Origin: Macrostomum lignano
Lineage: Eukaryota
Direction of reading: 5' to 3'
DNA length: 64,000 bases
Assembly: GCA_002269645.1 (NCBI GenBank)
Contig: NIVC01000900.1
Location: 338,117 to 402,116, forward strand
This document shows, one piece after another, positions 35,451-63,956 of this stretch. The notes under the pieces are model-generated. The model saw only the letters and a list, made by a program, of their open reading frames with translations. It did not search any database and was not told the DNA's origin. Positions within the stretch are counted from its first letter, which is position 1. Each line of letters opens with the position of its first letter. The position numbers were made by a program, and so were the translations under genes.

Positions 35451-37564
35451 GGTGCAGTTTGGTTAAATTTTGAACATCAGGGCCATTAAGAGGAGTTACT
35501 GAGTCTTTCACCCATTTGGTAAATCTTTGCTTTTAAAAGCCTAGAAAATTTCTTCTTTCTTGGGCAACAGAAGCAAGACAGCAAGACGACCCTGCAACTT
35601 TTCAGGTTTCACTCGGGGGACAGGTGATGGGATCTGCGCAATGGGGGATTTGTTTTTTGTTTGACTTGCGCAGGGCTTCACCGCAATCCTGTTTGAGCAG
35701 ATCTCAGCTGCAGCAACCGAAAGCATTTCGCATTTCTCATTCGATTGTGATGGCTTGTCAGCGCATCATCCACCTTTCCCTTTTTATCACCATAGCATTC
35801 GTGCATTAGCCACGGCTAGAGAAATGCTTTTGAAATCTGTCTTTACTGTCAAAGAAGATGACGAAGAGCTCAGTGGGTGCAGGAGGTTGTCTTTGGTCTT
35901 CTAAAAGAGGTCAGAGAGCAGACTGGGGGAACTGCTGGCATCTACAATGTATAAAAATTCTGTTCCTAAGAATCACAGCGGCCGTCACGCAAGTTCTGAA
36001 CGACAGTCAATTGAAATTCTTTCTGATTTTTCTTGTGCAGAGCCCGGCAGCTCCAGGGAGCAGGGTCTGACAGCTGCGGCGCCTCTCAGCTGATCTCCCA
36101 GCCTCACTCTGTAGGTTTTAAGCATCTCATCTGTCCCCTGTTCAACCAACCCCCCTTCCCGGACTGACTCAATTCTGGCGCCACGATGCTGACAGACAGT
36201 TGAGCTGCCCAGACTCCAGACAGACTGACTGTTTCTCTTCTCAACAACAGCATCATTATTGAGCTCAAATCTTTGCCCCGAGGAACTTAATAACTGTTTT
36301 TTTCAGTTCCCTGTTCTAAAAAATTTGAAGCAGTGCTGGGTTTAATTTTAATGCTAGACAGTTTGCCCGGGAGCTATTATCTATCAGCTCTCCGCATCCT
36401 TAAGCTGCATCTCTGAATGGCTACACGCTTTCAAAAAGATTTCTCCTAGAAGAAGATCTAAGCAAGAAATTTCTCTTTCTCTTTAAGCCGAGGGCAAAAT
36501 CGCCAGTTGACAACCGTCCGTCAGCTGGTTGTCCGTCCTCTGCCCCCCCCCCCCACCTCCTGTGCCCTGCGGCCCCGACAGGGATGTTAATGCGCGTCTC
36601 TGGCAGTTCCCCCAGCTGACCAACCAAGGATTCCCATGGAACTTGGAACCAGGGCTGACTTTAATGTGCATTTCACACACACAAAAACATTTGATTGAAC
36701 CAATTTTTTCAATTTTTGTGCTCAAATGCTGAACGTTTGAATTGAAGTACTCCAAGGACTTCTCTCTATTAGCGAGATATTCGAGGTTCAACAGCAGCTT
36801 ATTTTCCATTGTGTGTACACAGAAATCTTTCCCGATCTCCTTGGCCAGAAGTGACCAGAGGACAAGGGGGAAACTTCATATTTCTTTCGGATGGTCGCTA
36901 ACCCCAGCTCCAGCCCGTGGGAGAACTCGAACCCCCAGCCAGCAAAAACTTCCTAATAGATACGTTTCCCCAGCAGAGGCAGCGAGAAAATTTCCGTGTT
37001 AAATATCGTCTCCTAATAGCAGACCCGGATGCCCGGGCCCATAACGTTTTGACAGCTTCTATCCCCGTCCGTCTGGGGGGCAGCTTTGGAATTTCAAAAA
37101 AATCCCACTTAGAAGGAAAGAATGGACGCCTGTTCCCAGATTCTCAGATCCCCATCCGGCCAGACCCCCCCCCCAGTTATATTGAAGCGCCCACTGACTG
37201 GCGGGCTTCAAACTTTCTTTTGTAGAAAAAAAGAAATGACACAGGAGGAGCCCCCCTGCTTATGTTCAAGGGCGGCGCGGCTGCTATGAAAGAATAAAAT
37301 TGAAAATTGGGTGAGCGGGCAATGCGACGGAAAGGCATTGGGCCAGCTCACAGTGTCAGCTTGATTGGTTCCTTTTGTAGTCTTGCATTCTCCCCACCTT
37401 TCTCTAACTCCTTTATCTGCTCTCTACTCTCTCCCCTCTCCTTTCTCCGCTCTATACCCTCCCTAGAACTCTATTTGCCCTTTATAATCTTGCAAAACAG
37501 CATATTCTACATTTGTATAATTAACTGTCTAGATTAGAATACAGATTAGAAGTAGGCAATCGTG

Positions 37565-38830
37565 TGTGCATCTGTCTAATCTCTCTCTCTTATCGCTCTC
37601 ACCTGTCTTATCTCTCTCTCACCTGTCTAATCTCTCTCTCACCTGTCTTATCTCTCTCTCTCACCTGTCTAATCTCTCTCTCACCTGTCTTATCTCTCTC
37701 TCACCTGATCTATTTCTCTTTCGTCTTCTTATCTCTCTCTCTCTCGCCTGTCTTATCTCTCTCTCACTTGTCTAATCTCTCTCACCTGTCTTTCTCTCTC
37801 TCACCTGTCTTATCTCTCTCTCTCTCTCTCACCTGTCTTATCTCTCTCACCTGTCTTATCTCTCTCTCACCTGTCTTATCTCTCTCTCTCACCTGTCATA
37901 TCTCTCTCACCTGTCTTATCTCTCTCTCACCTGTCTTATCTCTCTCTCACCTGTCTTATCTCTCTCTCTCTCACCTGTCATATCTCTCTCACCTGTCTTA
38001 TCTCTCTCTCACCTGTCTTATCTCTCTCTCTCACCTGTCATATCTCTCTCACCTGTCATATCTCTCTCACCTGTCTTATCTCTCTCTCACCTGATCTATC
38101 TCTCTTTCGTCTTCTTATCTCTTTCTCGCCTGTCTTATCTCTATCTCACTTGTCTTATCTCTCTCACCTGTCTTATCTCTCTCTCTCACTTGTCTTATCT
38201 CTCTCACCTGTCTTATCTCTCTCTCTCTCACCTGTCTTATCTCTCTCACCTGTCTTATCTCTCTCTCTCACTTGTCTTATCTCTCTCACCTGTCTTATCT
38301 CTCTCTCTCACTTGTCTTATCTCTCTCACCTGTCTTATCTCTCTCTCTCTCACCTGTCTTATCTCTCTCACCTGTCTTATCTCTCTCTCACCTGTCTTAT
38401 CTCTCTCTCTCTCACCTGTCTTATCTCTCTCTCTCTCACCTGTCTTATCTCTCTCTCTCTCTCACCTGTCTTATCTCTCTCTCTCTCACCTGTCTTATCT
38501 CTCACTCTCTCACCTGTCTTATCTCTCTCTCTCACCTGTCTTATTTCTCACTCTCTCACCTGTCTTATCTCTCTCTCTCACCTGTCTTATCTCTCTTTCA
38601 CCTGATCTATCTCTCTTTCGTCTTCTTATCTCTCTCTCGCCTGTCTTATCTCTATCTCACTTGTCTTTCTGTCTCTCCCTGTCTTTCTCTCTCTCACCTG
38701 TCTTATCTCTCTCACCTGTTTTATCTCTCTCTCACCTGTCTTATCTCTCTCACCTGTCTTATCTCTCTCTCACCTGTCTTATCTCTCTCTCACCTGTCTT
38801 ATCTCTCGCTCACCTTTCTTATCTCTCTAG
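37565..38830. repeat. Pyrimidine-rich satellite CACCTGTCTTA(TC)n
   Basis: Directly visible; variable (CT)n length. Confidence 0.93.
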
Positions 38831-39489
38831 CTTCTCTATTACTTCCATGTATAACTTTTTTTCGCCTTTGTCACTTATTTTTTCGAACGCACTGCTCTCT
38901 AGGCCATCTCAAAAGTATCTACTTCAGCTCTGTAATCAGCAGCAATCGACAAAGATTGCACAGCAGTCGCACACCTGCGGGATACCCTATAATTAGAAGC
39001 AAAATCGAGTTCAGAAGACACAGAATGTAAAAGTGTGCCATGTTTTACCAATAGCTATAATAGCCTTATATTGCAGTCCCGCATCATATAGACATATCAT
39101 CTAGCCTCCATCCAGTCTCCATCTTTTATTAAAAATCAATCGGGGATCAGGGATAGAGGAAGGCGGAGCCAAAATCCCCGGGATTCTCAGGAGCGGAATG
39201 GATAATTCTCCGTCAAAATGGCCCAGCTTCTAGGGGCAGAGCCGCCATAAAACTGTGCCCCAGCCGCCCCTAAACCGAAGTAAAAAGGGTCGCTTCCTCC
39301 TTCTGTCCAGCAATAATAAAGTCGGAGAGGAAGTAAGAGGAGGGGGAACTGCTCAACCCTCTATACTCGCTCCTTTATGCCTGCTCTCTCCTTCCTCTCC
39401 CATGCGTGGCCCATGGATTATTAGGCACTCATAGATGCTTGGATTGGAAACCAGAAATTGAATGAAATAAACGCCATTTAATTTTTGCT

Positions 39490-40272
39490 TGCGGCATCTC
39501 AGCAACTCCCCCCATTGAGCCATGGCATCTCAGCAACTCCCCCATTGAGCCATGGCATCTCAGCAACTCCCCCCCCATTGAGCCAATTGGCATCTCAGCA
39601 ACTCCCCCCCCCATTGAGCCAATTGGCATCTCAGCAACTCCCCCATTGAGCCATGGCATCTCAGCAACTCCCCCCCCATTGAGCCAATTGGCATCTCAGC
39701 AACTCCCCCATTGAGCCATGGCATCTCAGCAACTCCCCCATTGAGCCAATTGGCATCTCAGCAACTCCCCCCCATTGAGCCAATTGGCATCTCAGCAACT
39801 CCCCCATTGAGCCATGGCATCTCAGCAACTCCCCCATTGAGCCAATTGGCATCTCAGCAACTCCCCCCCATTGAGCCAATTGGCATCTCAGCAACTCCCC
39901 CATTGAGCCATGGCATCTCAGCAACTCCCCCCCATTGAGCCAATTGGCATCTCAGCAACTCCCCCCATTGAGCCAATTGGCATCTCAGCAACTCCCCCAT
40001 TGAGCCATGGCATCTCAGCAACTCCCCCCCCCATTGAGCCAATTGGCATCTCAGCAACTCCCCCATTGAGCCATGGCATCTCAGCAACTCCCCCATTGAG
40101 CCATGGCATCTCAGCAACTCCCCCATTGAGCCATGGCATCTCAGCAACTCCCATTGAGCCATGGCATCTCAGCAACTCTCCCCATTGAGCCATGGCATCT
40201 CAGCAACTCCCCCATTGAGCCATGGCGTCTCAGCAACTCCCTCATTGAGCCATGGCGTCTCAGTAACTCCCC
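39490..40272. repeat. ~30-34-bp minisatellite CCATTGAGCCA(AT)TGGCATCTCAGCAACTCCC(C)n
   Basis: Directly visible. Confidence 0.93.
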
Positions 40273-40879
40273 AATTGGGTTTTGGAATCTCAGCCAGTCC
40301 AGATTCTATACTTAAAAGCCGCATGAATTAGTAGTCCATGACCTCTACATCCGGCTAAAGAAGCCAGAGGAGACCTGAGAACGGTTGGTGGACATCCCCC
40401 AGCTTTTGCCAATCTGCAAGCAAAAGCAGATTTTCCTTTGCTAATGGGGGTGAGGGCGGAGGAAAGGATTAGGCTGGGAACGGATCGTCATAAAAGTCAT
40501 AAAATGGGCGACCGCGGAGCCTCTGACTGGGGAGCTTTTTCCGAGCCCCCAACAGCGTCTCCAGCTCCAGCACCTCGGGGGGGGGGATCCGTTCTGTGCA
40601 GCAGCTTCTGGTCATTTCCGCATTAATTATTGGCCATAACTATTTTGTTGCATATTTAGGCCCGCGAAGATCTGTAGATCTGACTTTTGGAGTTGCATGG
40701 CCCAGCACCCATTGATCTGTATGCAATTTAAATCACTGCGATCTTTGTTTAAATGACTGGTTCACTGATATAGATTTTGTTAAGAAAGTCAATTATAGAA
40801 TTCAGACTTTTGGCGATAATTTTTAAAAACCCGGACGTGTTGGGCTCAGCCCGGACTTTTCAGCTCCAGCACCAGGAGC

Positions 40880-41362
40880 GCCATTTCAGTTGAGTAGGGT
40901 GTCATTTCAGTTGAGTAGGGCGCCATTTCAGTTGAGTAGGGTGTCATTTCAGTTGAGTCGGGTGTCATTTCAGTTGAGTAGGGTGTCATTTCAGTTGAGT
41001 AGGGTGTCATTTCAGTTGAGTAGGGCGCCATTTCAGTTGAGTAGGGCGCCATTTCAGTTGAGTAGGGCGCCATTTCAGTTGAGTAGGGTGCCATTTCAGT
41101 TGAGTAGGGTGCCATTTCAGTTGAGTAGGGTGCCATTTCAGTTGAGTAAGGGTGCCATTTCAGTTCAGTAAGGTGCCATTTCAGTTGAGTAGGGTATCAT
41201 TTCAGTTGAGTAGGGTATCATTTCAGTTGAGTAGGGTGTCATTTCAGTTGAGTAGGGTGCCATTTCAGTTGAGTAGGGTGTCATTTCAGTTGAGTAGGGT
41301 GTCATTTCAGTTGAGTAGGGTGCCATTTCAGTTGGGTAGAGTCATTTCAGTTGAGTAGGGTG
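40880..41362. repeat. 21-bp minisatellite CATTTCAGTTGAGTAGGGTGT
   Basis: Directly visible; source of the (MAPYSTE)n ORF. Confidence 0.93.
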
Positions 41363-41764
41363 CGCACATGCCCTCTTGTCCCGCAACCAGTAACAGCCAC
41401 TTTCAAGCCTACAATGACGAGGAAATGAAAAAATCCTTTCCTGCAAGAATCGTTTCAGGCAATCGTTAGATTTTCTGTTCAGATGGCTGCTGTTGACTCT
41501 ACGGTAGCTTGTGGCGGCTTCCACCTTGGCTGAGTCGGCAAACACTCGCGATAATTCTTGCATGCCATTTCACAGCCTTGCTCAGCCAAGCGCATGCATT
41601 GGTAGGTGAGCAAAAAACACGGAAAATAGCAAATAGCAAACGGAAAATGGCTGACTTTTTGAAACCTTAACATTTTGCCTGACTGTCTTGATTGGGTCAG
41701 TTTTAGAATGCTTTCGGATTTCTGACTTGGGCAGAACTAAAAAAATAGACTGAGAGGTTAGGAA

Positions 41765-42200
<436 letters not shown>

Positions 42201-42789
42201 AGGTGAGGCCAATTAATTTTACACGCATGCCGAGTTGTGTGGCAGCTCAGCTGCTCAGTGACTCAGAGATTTCGCACGGATTACCCAAGGCTGCGGCAGT
42301 TCATAACAAGGTGGCCATGCACCGATTAACGCGAACGAATCTCTGAGCGCAAGGCTTATCTTAAATTGCGCGGATAAGTTGGATAAAGAACAGCTGAGAC
42401 TGGCGGCGCGGAACACGCGCTGAGCTGAGTCCAGAAACTTCACCGCCGTCAATCTGGGCGCTGTGATTGATCGAGAAGCAACTCACATTAACAGCTGGGC
42501 ATCTCTAGAGGGTCTCAGCCAGGAGAACACAAAAATGCTCACTGAATATTGGGAAGCTGGGTAATGCATGGTCTGAGTGGGCGGATAAAAGTTGGCGCCT
42601 CTGGGAGGGATTCGCTTCCCCGCCACCCCTCCCGCCATGCCGCTCTGCTGACTAACGTGGGAAAAATTTCTTTTTTGAGATGCAAGCGAGATGGAGGAGG
42701 GCGGGAAGAGAGAAAGATGGAGCAGTGGAGGTATGCGGTTACTTGGCTGTGGCTGAGCTGACAGCTTCCTGACTGCCGCTGCTGGATCA

Positions 42790-43080
42790 CCACTTGCTCT
42801 CTCTCCCTTTCTGTCACCCTTTCTGTCTCCCTTTCTGTCTCCCTATCTGTCTCCCTTTCTGTCTTCCTTTCTGTCTCCCTTTCTATCTCCCTTTCTGTCT
42901 CCCTTTCTGTCTCCCTTTCTGTCTCCCTTTCTGTCTCCCTTTCTGTCTCCCTTTCTGTCTCTCTTTTTGTCTCTTTTTCTGTCTCTCTTTTTGTCTCTTT
43001 TTCTGTCTCTCCTTTTGTCTCTTTTTCTGTCTCTCTTTTTGTCTCTTTTTCTGTCTCCCTTTCTGTCTCCCTCTCTCTTT
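42790..43080. repeat. 12-bp pyrimidine repeat TCTGTCTCCCTT immediately upstream of the protocadherin coding start
   Basis: Directly visible; acts as an extended polypyrimidine tract before AG at 43116-43117. Confidence 0.9.
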
Positions 43081-43145
43081 CCTACCTGCCTCTTCCTTCT
43101 CCAATGAAAAATCCTAGCCCACCGGAACCCACTCCAAATCCTAGG

Positions 43146-54867
<11,722 letters not shown>

Positions 54868-54974
54868 ATTTTCTTGAATACTTTACTGAAACTTGAAGAC
54901 AGGTTAATTAACGATAACTGATTTGCTGCGACTATGAGGAACTATCCACATTTTTTGCTTCAGACCATCTTAAA

Positions 54975-55270
54975 TACAGCCTACAATCCATTGGAGCGCC
55001 CTGATTGGCTGAGACCGCAGTCCCCCACACCAATCAATACTTTCCTACCCCAGCCCTAGCTGATACTAGAGTACAGAGGCTCCATTCGGCTAAAACCCCT
55101 CAGAGCTCCCTGATTGGCTGAGACTGCAGTCCTCCAAACCCAATCAATAATTTTCTACTCCAGCCCTAGCTGATACTAGAGTACAGTGGCTTCATTCGCC
55201 TACAACCCCTCAGAGCTCCCTGATTGGCTGAAACTGCAGTCCACCAACCCCAATTCTTTCCTACCCCAGT
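54975..55270. repeat. ~111-bp unit repeated ~2.5 times downstream of the protocadherin stop
   Basis: CCCTGATTGGCTGAGAC.GCAGTCC...CCAATCAATA...CCAGCCCTAGCTGATACTAGAGTACAG recurs. Confidence 0.85.
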
Positions 55271-56164
55271 TATTCTAGCAGTATAGAGCTTTCTCATCAG
55301 TCTCTCTGTGTGTGCATAGCTAATTAGTACATAGTTGGACGGTGTAAGGTCGTTCTGTCGTCACTGTACTTCTTGATCACTATATACCGACATTAAAACC
55401 ACAGTAAAATAAAAAACTGTAATAGCGCCAATATAGTTAATCGACATAACCATAACGACCAGCTTTTAATGTTGTTCTGCTAAAAATTCGATGTAATTAA
55501 CTCGAATGTTTGATATTAATTTCTAGTGGTCATAAAGTGTCTTTTAAGCATCTAAAAATCTTTTAGCAACATCGAGACAGAGCAGAGCCAGAGCAGAGCA
55601 TAAATTAATTTTCCTAATTAGCATATCCACTGAGGCAGATGCGGAAAAAATTTCAATCAGTTTTGAAATTAGCAAGTCAAATTTGTTTAGCCGACTTTCT
55701 CTGTCTCTGAACTGACATCTGAGTCCGAGCAGTTTTTCTTGACAGCAAATTTATTGAAGGAAAACCAGCGCAAGGATTTCAGCTGAAACTTTAAGTCCCT
55801 GGGGGATTCAAATTCCAGGAATATTTTGAGTGCTGTTAGCTGATGCAGATTCTGAATTAAAAACCTTGCTCAACTAAGAATCAAGATTTTTGCGGTTTTA
55901 TTCAGTATTCGAATTTTGCTACTGTTCATCAGTAGTGTTTGTAGTGCTGGGTTTACTGATTGTTAAGATTGGGGTTGTGGAATATATAAAGATTCGCAGA
56001 AAATTGGGATACATGATGGGCAAATATCTAAGTGATAGATAAATATTTAGTGGAGATACTTCTGAGAAAAATAGAGACTCAACAAAGACCTTAGAGATGT
56101 ATGGAGATTCAAAACAAAAGCCTCAAAGAATTTTAGAGATTCGGGAGAAAAATCTAAAAGATAG

Positions 56165-56965
56165 CTAGATATATATTCGAGACAAAGACCTCAGAGAAAA
56201 ATAAATATTCAGGACAAGATCCTCAGAGGAAGATATAGATTCAGGACAAAGACCTCAGAGGCAGATATAGATTCAGGACAAAGACCTCAGAGAAAAATAA
56301 ATATTCAGGACAAGGTCCTCAGAGGCAGATATAGATTCAGGACAAAGACCTCAGAGGCAGATATAGATTCAGGACAAAGACCTCAGAGGCAGATATAGAT
56401 TCAGGACAAAGACCTCAGAGGAAGATATAGATTCAGGACAAAGACCTCAGAGGCAGATATAGATTCAGGACAAAGACCTCAGAGAAAAATAAATATTCAG
56501 GACAAGGTCCTCAGAGGCAGATATAGATTCAGGACAAAGACCTCAGAGAAAGATATAGATTCAGGACAAAGACCTCAGAGAAAGATATAGATTCAGGACA
56601 AAGACCTCAGAGAAGGATATAGATTCAGGACAAAGACCTCAGAGAAGGATATAGATTCAGAACAAAGACCTCAGAGAAAGCTAGACATTCGGAACAAAGT
56701 CCTCAGAGAAGGATATAGATTCACGACAAAGACCTCAGAGAAAGATATAGATTCAGAACAAAGACCTCAGAGAAAGATATAGATTCAGAACAAAGACCTC
56801 AGAGAAAGATATAGATTCAGAACAAAGACCTCAGAGAAAGCTATATATTTAGGAAAAACATCAACGAATTTTAGATATTCAGGACAACAATCTGAAAGAG
56901 AGATAAATTCATGACACAGACCTCAGAGATGGATGTAGATTCTGAACAAAGACCAGAAACTAGCT
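56165..56965. repeat. 31-bp minisatellite AGATATAGATTCAGGACAAAGACCTCAGAGG
   Basis: Directly visible; begins just beyond the FReD gene stop. Confidence 0.92.
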
Positions 56966-56991
56966 TCATATTCAGTCAGAGGTGCAGTCAC

Positions 56992-59605
<2,614 letters not shown>

Positions 59606-59662
59606 TTTTGTTTAAAATTTCTTGTTACAAAAGTCTTCCCAAACGTAGTGCACAACAAAGCG

Positions 59663-59670
59663 CTTTTATA
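59663..59670 (-). promoter_or_regulatory. TATA box of the FReD gene
   Basis: Minus-strand GGTATAAAAG ~58 nt upstream of the ATG at 59605; supports the micro first exon. Confidence 0.6.
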
Positions 59671-60491
59671 CCCCTAGAAAACCATGGGCGCAACATCCTG
59701 TCTACCTGTCAAAACTATTTTTAACTTGATGTGTCGTCCAAATCTTGGGCAGCTTCACGGTCACTTCCTGAGCCTTTTGTTATAGGCCATTGTTTGCTTT
59801 TTTTCCCTGCCCCAATCAAAAAAATAAATGTCTTTGATGTTTTCGCATTTTTTCGATGTCAAACACGAGCTATCTGTCAGAACTGACAAAATGATTTACA
59901 ATTTCTGCCGATAAAAATCCACTCGTAGAGTGACTTTTGTTAAAAAAGCCTGTTAATTTAAACAAACCGGAACAATTCTAGAACTTTCTGTTTTATTAAC
60001 TTTTTCATGTCCACCACTATCGTGCGCAGCAGTCATTGTACATGTGCGATCAAGTCAGTCACGGAAAAATCAGGATAATTTAAACAAAATCTGTAGTTAA
60101 TATTAACAAAATATGTCACAATTTTTACAAATAATGATAAATAGTATTACATACAGTGCTTCAAAAGCAGCTATTAAAAGTAGGGCTCACAGTTCATAGT
60201 AGGATTACGAGCTAGCTAGAGAGGAAAGTATATCTACCATAAATTGGAGTAGCTAGAAATTAAAAGAATCAAAGAATAAATGTTAAATATATTACTTCGT
60301 GTGCGTTTCTAAAACGCAGAAAGTTATTTAATTATATAAGCTCATGCACTGTAGTTTGAGTTGTATTGCACTTTTCCATCTGTCAATTAAAAATCATCAA
60401 GCAAATTTACGTGTAGCTAAAATAAGTAATTTCTAAATTAAAAATAAAAAAAACCGGAATCCATAATTTCTTGGAAATAAAACTGAATAGT

Positions 60492-61856
60492 GGACAGACA
60501 GACAATCCAACAGACAGACAGACCATCTAACAGACAGACAGACCATCCAACAGACAGACAGACCATCCAACAGACAGACAGACAATCTAACAGACAGACA
60601 GACAATCTAACAGACAGACAGACCATCTAACAGACAGACAGACAATCTAACAGACAGACAGACAATCTAACAGACAGAGAGACAGACCATCTAACAGACA
60701 GACAGACAATCTAACAGACAGACAGACCATCTAACAGACAGACAGACAATCTAACAGACAGACAGACCATCTAACAGACAGACAGACAATCTAACAGACA
60801 GACAGACCATCTAACAGACAGACAGACCATCTAACAGACAGACAGACAATCAAACAGACAGACAGACAGACAGACCATCTAACAGACAGACAGACAATCT
60901 AACAGACAGACAGACCATCCAACAGACAGACAGACCATCCAACAGACAGACAGACAATCTAACAGACAGACAGACCATCTAACAGACAGACAGACCATCT
61001 AACAGACAGACAGACAATCAAACAGACAGACAGACAGACAGACCATCTAACAGACAGACAGACAATCTAACAGACAGACAGACCATCCAACAGACAGACA
61101 GACCATCCAACAGACAGACAGACCATCTAACAGACAGACAGACAATCTAACAGACAGACAGACAATCTAACAGACAGACCATCTAACAGACAGACAGACA
61201 ATCTAACAGACAGACAGACCATGTACCATCTAACAGACAGACAGACAATCTAACAGACAGACAGACCATCTAACAGACAGACAGACCATCTAACAGACAG
61301 ACAGACAATCAAACAGACAGACAGACAGACAGACAGACCATCTAACAGACAGACAGACAATCTAACAGACAGACAGACCATCTAACAGACAGACAGACAA
61401 TCTAACAGACAGACAGACCATCTAACAGACAGACAGACAATCTAACAGACAGACAGACCATCTAACAGACAGACAGACCATCTAACAGACAGACAGACAA
61501 TCTAACAGACAGACAGACAGACAGACCATCTAACAGACAGACAGACAATCTAACAGACAGACAGACAGACAATCTAACAGACAGACAGACAGACAATCTA
61601 ACAGACAGACAATCTAACAGACAGACAATCTAACAGACAGACAGACCATCTAACAGACAGACTGACAATCTAACAGACAGACAGACCATCTAACAGACAG
61701 ACAGACAATCCAACAGACAGACAGACCATCTAACAGACAGACAGACCATCTAACAGACAGACAGACCATCTAACAGACAGACAGACAATCTAACAGTCAG
61801 ACAGAAAATCTAACAGACAGACAGACAATCTAACAGACAGACAGACAATCTAACAA
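60492..61856. repeat. ~20-bp (CATCTAA/CAATCTAA)(CAGA)n satellite
   Basis: Directly visible. Confidence 0.95.
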
Positions 61857-61997
61857 ATATAAAATCGTTCCCAACATCGTCCTTTTGTCATCGCTTCTTC
61901 TCTTTCTTCTAAACTCTAAATTGCCATGGTCAAACTTCAGAAAGTCTGCATCCCGTCGCACGACAGTCCCCAGGCCCTACAAAGCTGCTGTCCCGCA

Positions 61998-63956
61998 CTA
62001 GTTTTGGCGCTTCGACCGTTGAAAGGCTTCGTAAACCTCCGGCGACGGAGCCGTCGGCAGCCTCGGCGGTTGCGTCATCAAATCGCCCGCCACCTCCCAG
62101 TACGGACCAGCAGCGGTTGATGATGACGCTTGCGGAAGCTGCGGCGGAGTCTGCGGCCGCGGCGGCGGCACCTCGTCGTCTTCGCGCCCGTCGCTGGCTT
62201 CCTCCTCTGCCTCTTCGGTGTCGGCATCATCGTCACTGCTCAGCTTCTCGGCAGCTGCGGCGCCGGCCGCGGCGAGTTTCTTCATCATCAAGAAGGTCGT
62301 CGTTGTCGCCGACTCGCCGACAGCCACTCCGTCGACGTCCATGCCGGTCTCCGGCAGCTCGTCGATGCGGTCGATTTCGGCCAGGTCAATGCCGCTACCG
62401 CCGCCGCCCGGGCCTCCGGGACCGCCGGCCCCACCGCTGCCACCTGCAGCTGTCGTCGCGATGTTGTCCATCGAGGCCGAGGAGCCGACGCTTTGCACGC
62501 TGAAGTTGCTGCCCATTCTGGCAAGTCGCGGCCGAGCGCTGCCAGACCTTCGACCGCCTGAAGGCCCCGGCGGCTGCTGCTGCTGACCAGTCAGAGAACC
62601 GCGAGAGTTCGTTCGCTGGAAGGCCGTGTAGATGTCGCCCTTGGCTGTGCTCGGTCGCGACACGATTTCGGCACCGCTACGCGTCAGCTCGGCGACTTTG
62701 ATTCGTTCAACGGCTCGATTGGCCGCCTCCAAGCGGGCGAACTCTTTCGGTAGCCACTCGCTCGGGTGGCTGAGCAAGCTGTGAGAATGAGAGAGCAGGC
62801 ATTAAGACTGAGTTTTCATGCGGATATTGTAAAAAGTTGCGTCTAACTATGCGTCCGAAAACAACTCACTTGGATGAAGTCGCGCTGGGCAGCCGCTGAT
62901 CGTCCAAAACGTACCGGCACTGTCTGTACTCGTTTGGCGGCAGGAGGGCTCTGAAATGTGTGGTATTATGACGCTTGGGTCTTTAGGTCATTAGCTTTCT
63001 CGGTCATTGGGTCTTTTGGTTACTGGGTCATTGGATCTTTTGGCAATTGGGTCATTGAGTCTTTTGGTTATTGGGTCATTGGGTCTTTTGGTTATGGGTC
63101 ATTGGGTCTTTTGGTTATGGGTCATTGGGTCTTTTGGTTATGGGTCATTGGGTCTTTTGGTTATGGGTAATTGGGTCTTTTGTTTATGGGTGATTGAGTC
63201 TTTTGGTTATTGGGTCGTTGGGTCTTTTGGTTATTACCGTAGGTTTTGGGTCATTGGATCTTTTGGTTATTGAGTCATTGGGTCTTTGGGTCATTGGGTC
63301 TTTGGGTCATTGGGTCTTTGGGTCATTGGGTCTTTGAGTCATTGGGTCTTTGGGTCATCGGGTCTTTGAGTCATTCTGTTCTTAGGTCGCTGTGAATCTA
63401 AGTTGCTAGGTGATGTGGTTGCTAAGGTATTCATACGTATTAGCCGCTAACCTCTTCAACTTGTCCATGTCAATGTTCAGCCCATAGCTGCGGAACTTCT
63501 CGTAAATCGTTCGGCACTCCTTCAGGCCGTCTGTCTCGATTTCCTAGAAATAAAATAATAAAACTCTACATCAACATAAAACTTTCAGACAAAATAAATA
63601 ATTTCTGAATCTTGACTCTTACAGAGAAATGTTTCCTCGTATTAATAATTACTGGCTGTCGGTTGTAAACCAATTTTCCTGATCCGACGACCGGAGCGGA
63701 GAACGGCCGGTCCCCTCCTCCGCCCCCGCCTTTGCCTGAGCGCTTCTTCTTTTTTGCTTTGGCGGATTTTCCACCGTTGTCTCTGTCGGCTGTTTGATCG
63801 TCTGCGTTCTCTGCTTTTGCGGACTTCTTGCGCTTGGACTTTTTGCCTTTTTTGGCTTTCTTGGCGGTTTGAGATGACTGAGCGGCTACCAGGGTCTCCT
63901 CAGCCTCCTCTGGTTCCTCATCTTTGGTCTCGACTGCAGCTGCTGCTTGCGGAGGC
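61998..63956 (-). CDS. 3' four exons of an unidentified protein (gene starts beyond the window)
   Basis: Minus exons 63956-63623, 63543-63452, 62950-62870, 62778-61998; phases 0/2/2, all GT-AG. Lys-rich segment (KKAKKGKKSKRKK), then an ordered-looking segment (KHFSEIETDGLKECRTIYEKFRSYGLNIDMDKLKRALLPPNEYRQCRY...LLSHPSEWLPKEF), then a Gly/Ala/acidic/Pro-rich tail. Confidence 0.8.
62975..63385. repeat. ~23-bp minisatellite GGGTCATTGGGTCTTTTGGTTAT in an intron of the last gene
   Basis: Directly visible. Confidence 0.9.

Noticed and set aside
40846-41136. (MAPYSTE)n heptad ORF reminiscent of CTD-like repeats
   Set aside because: Product of a 21-bp minisatellite that is open in several frames.
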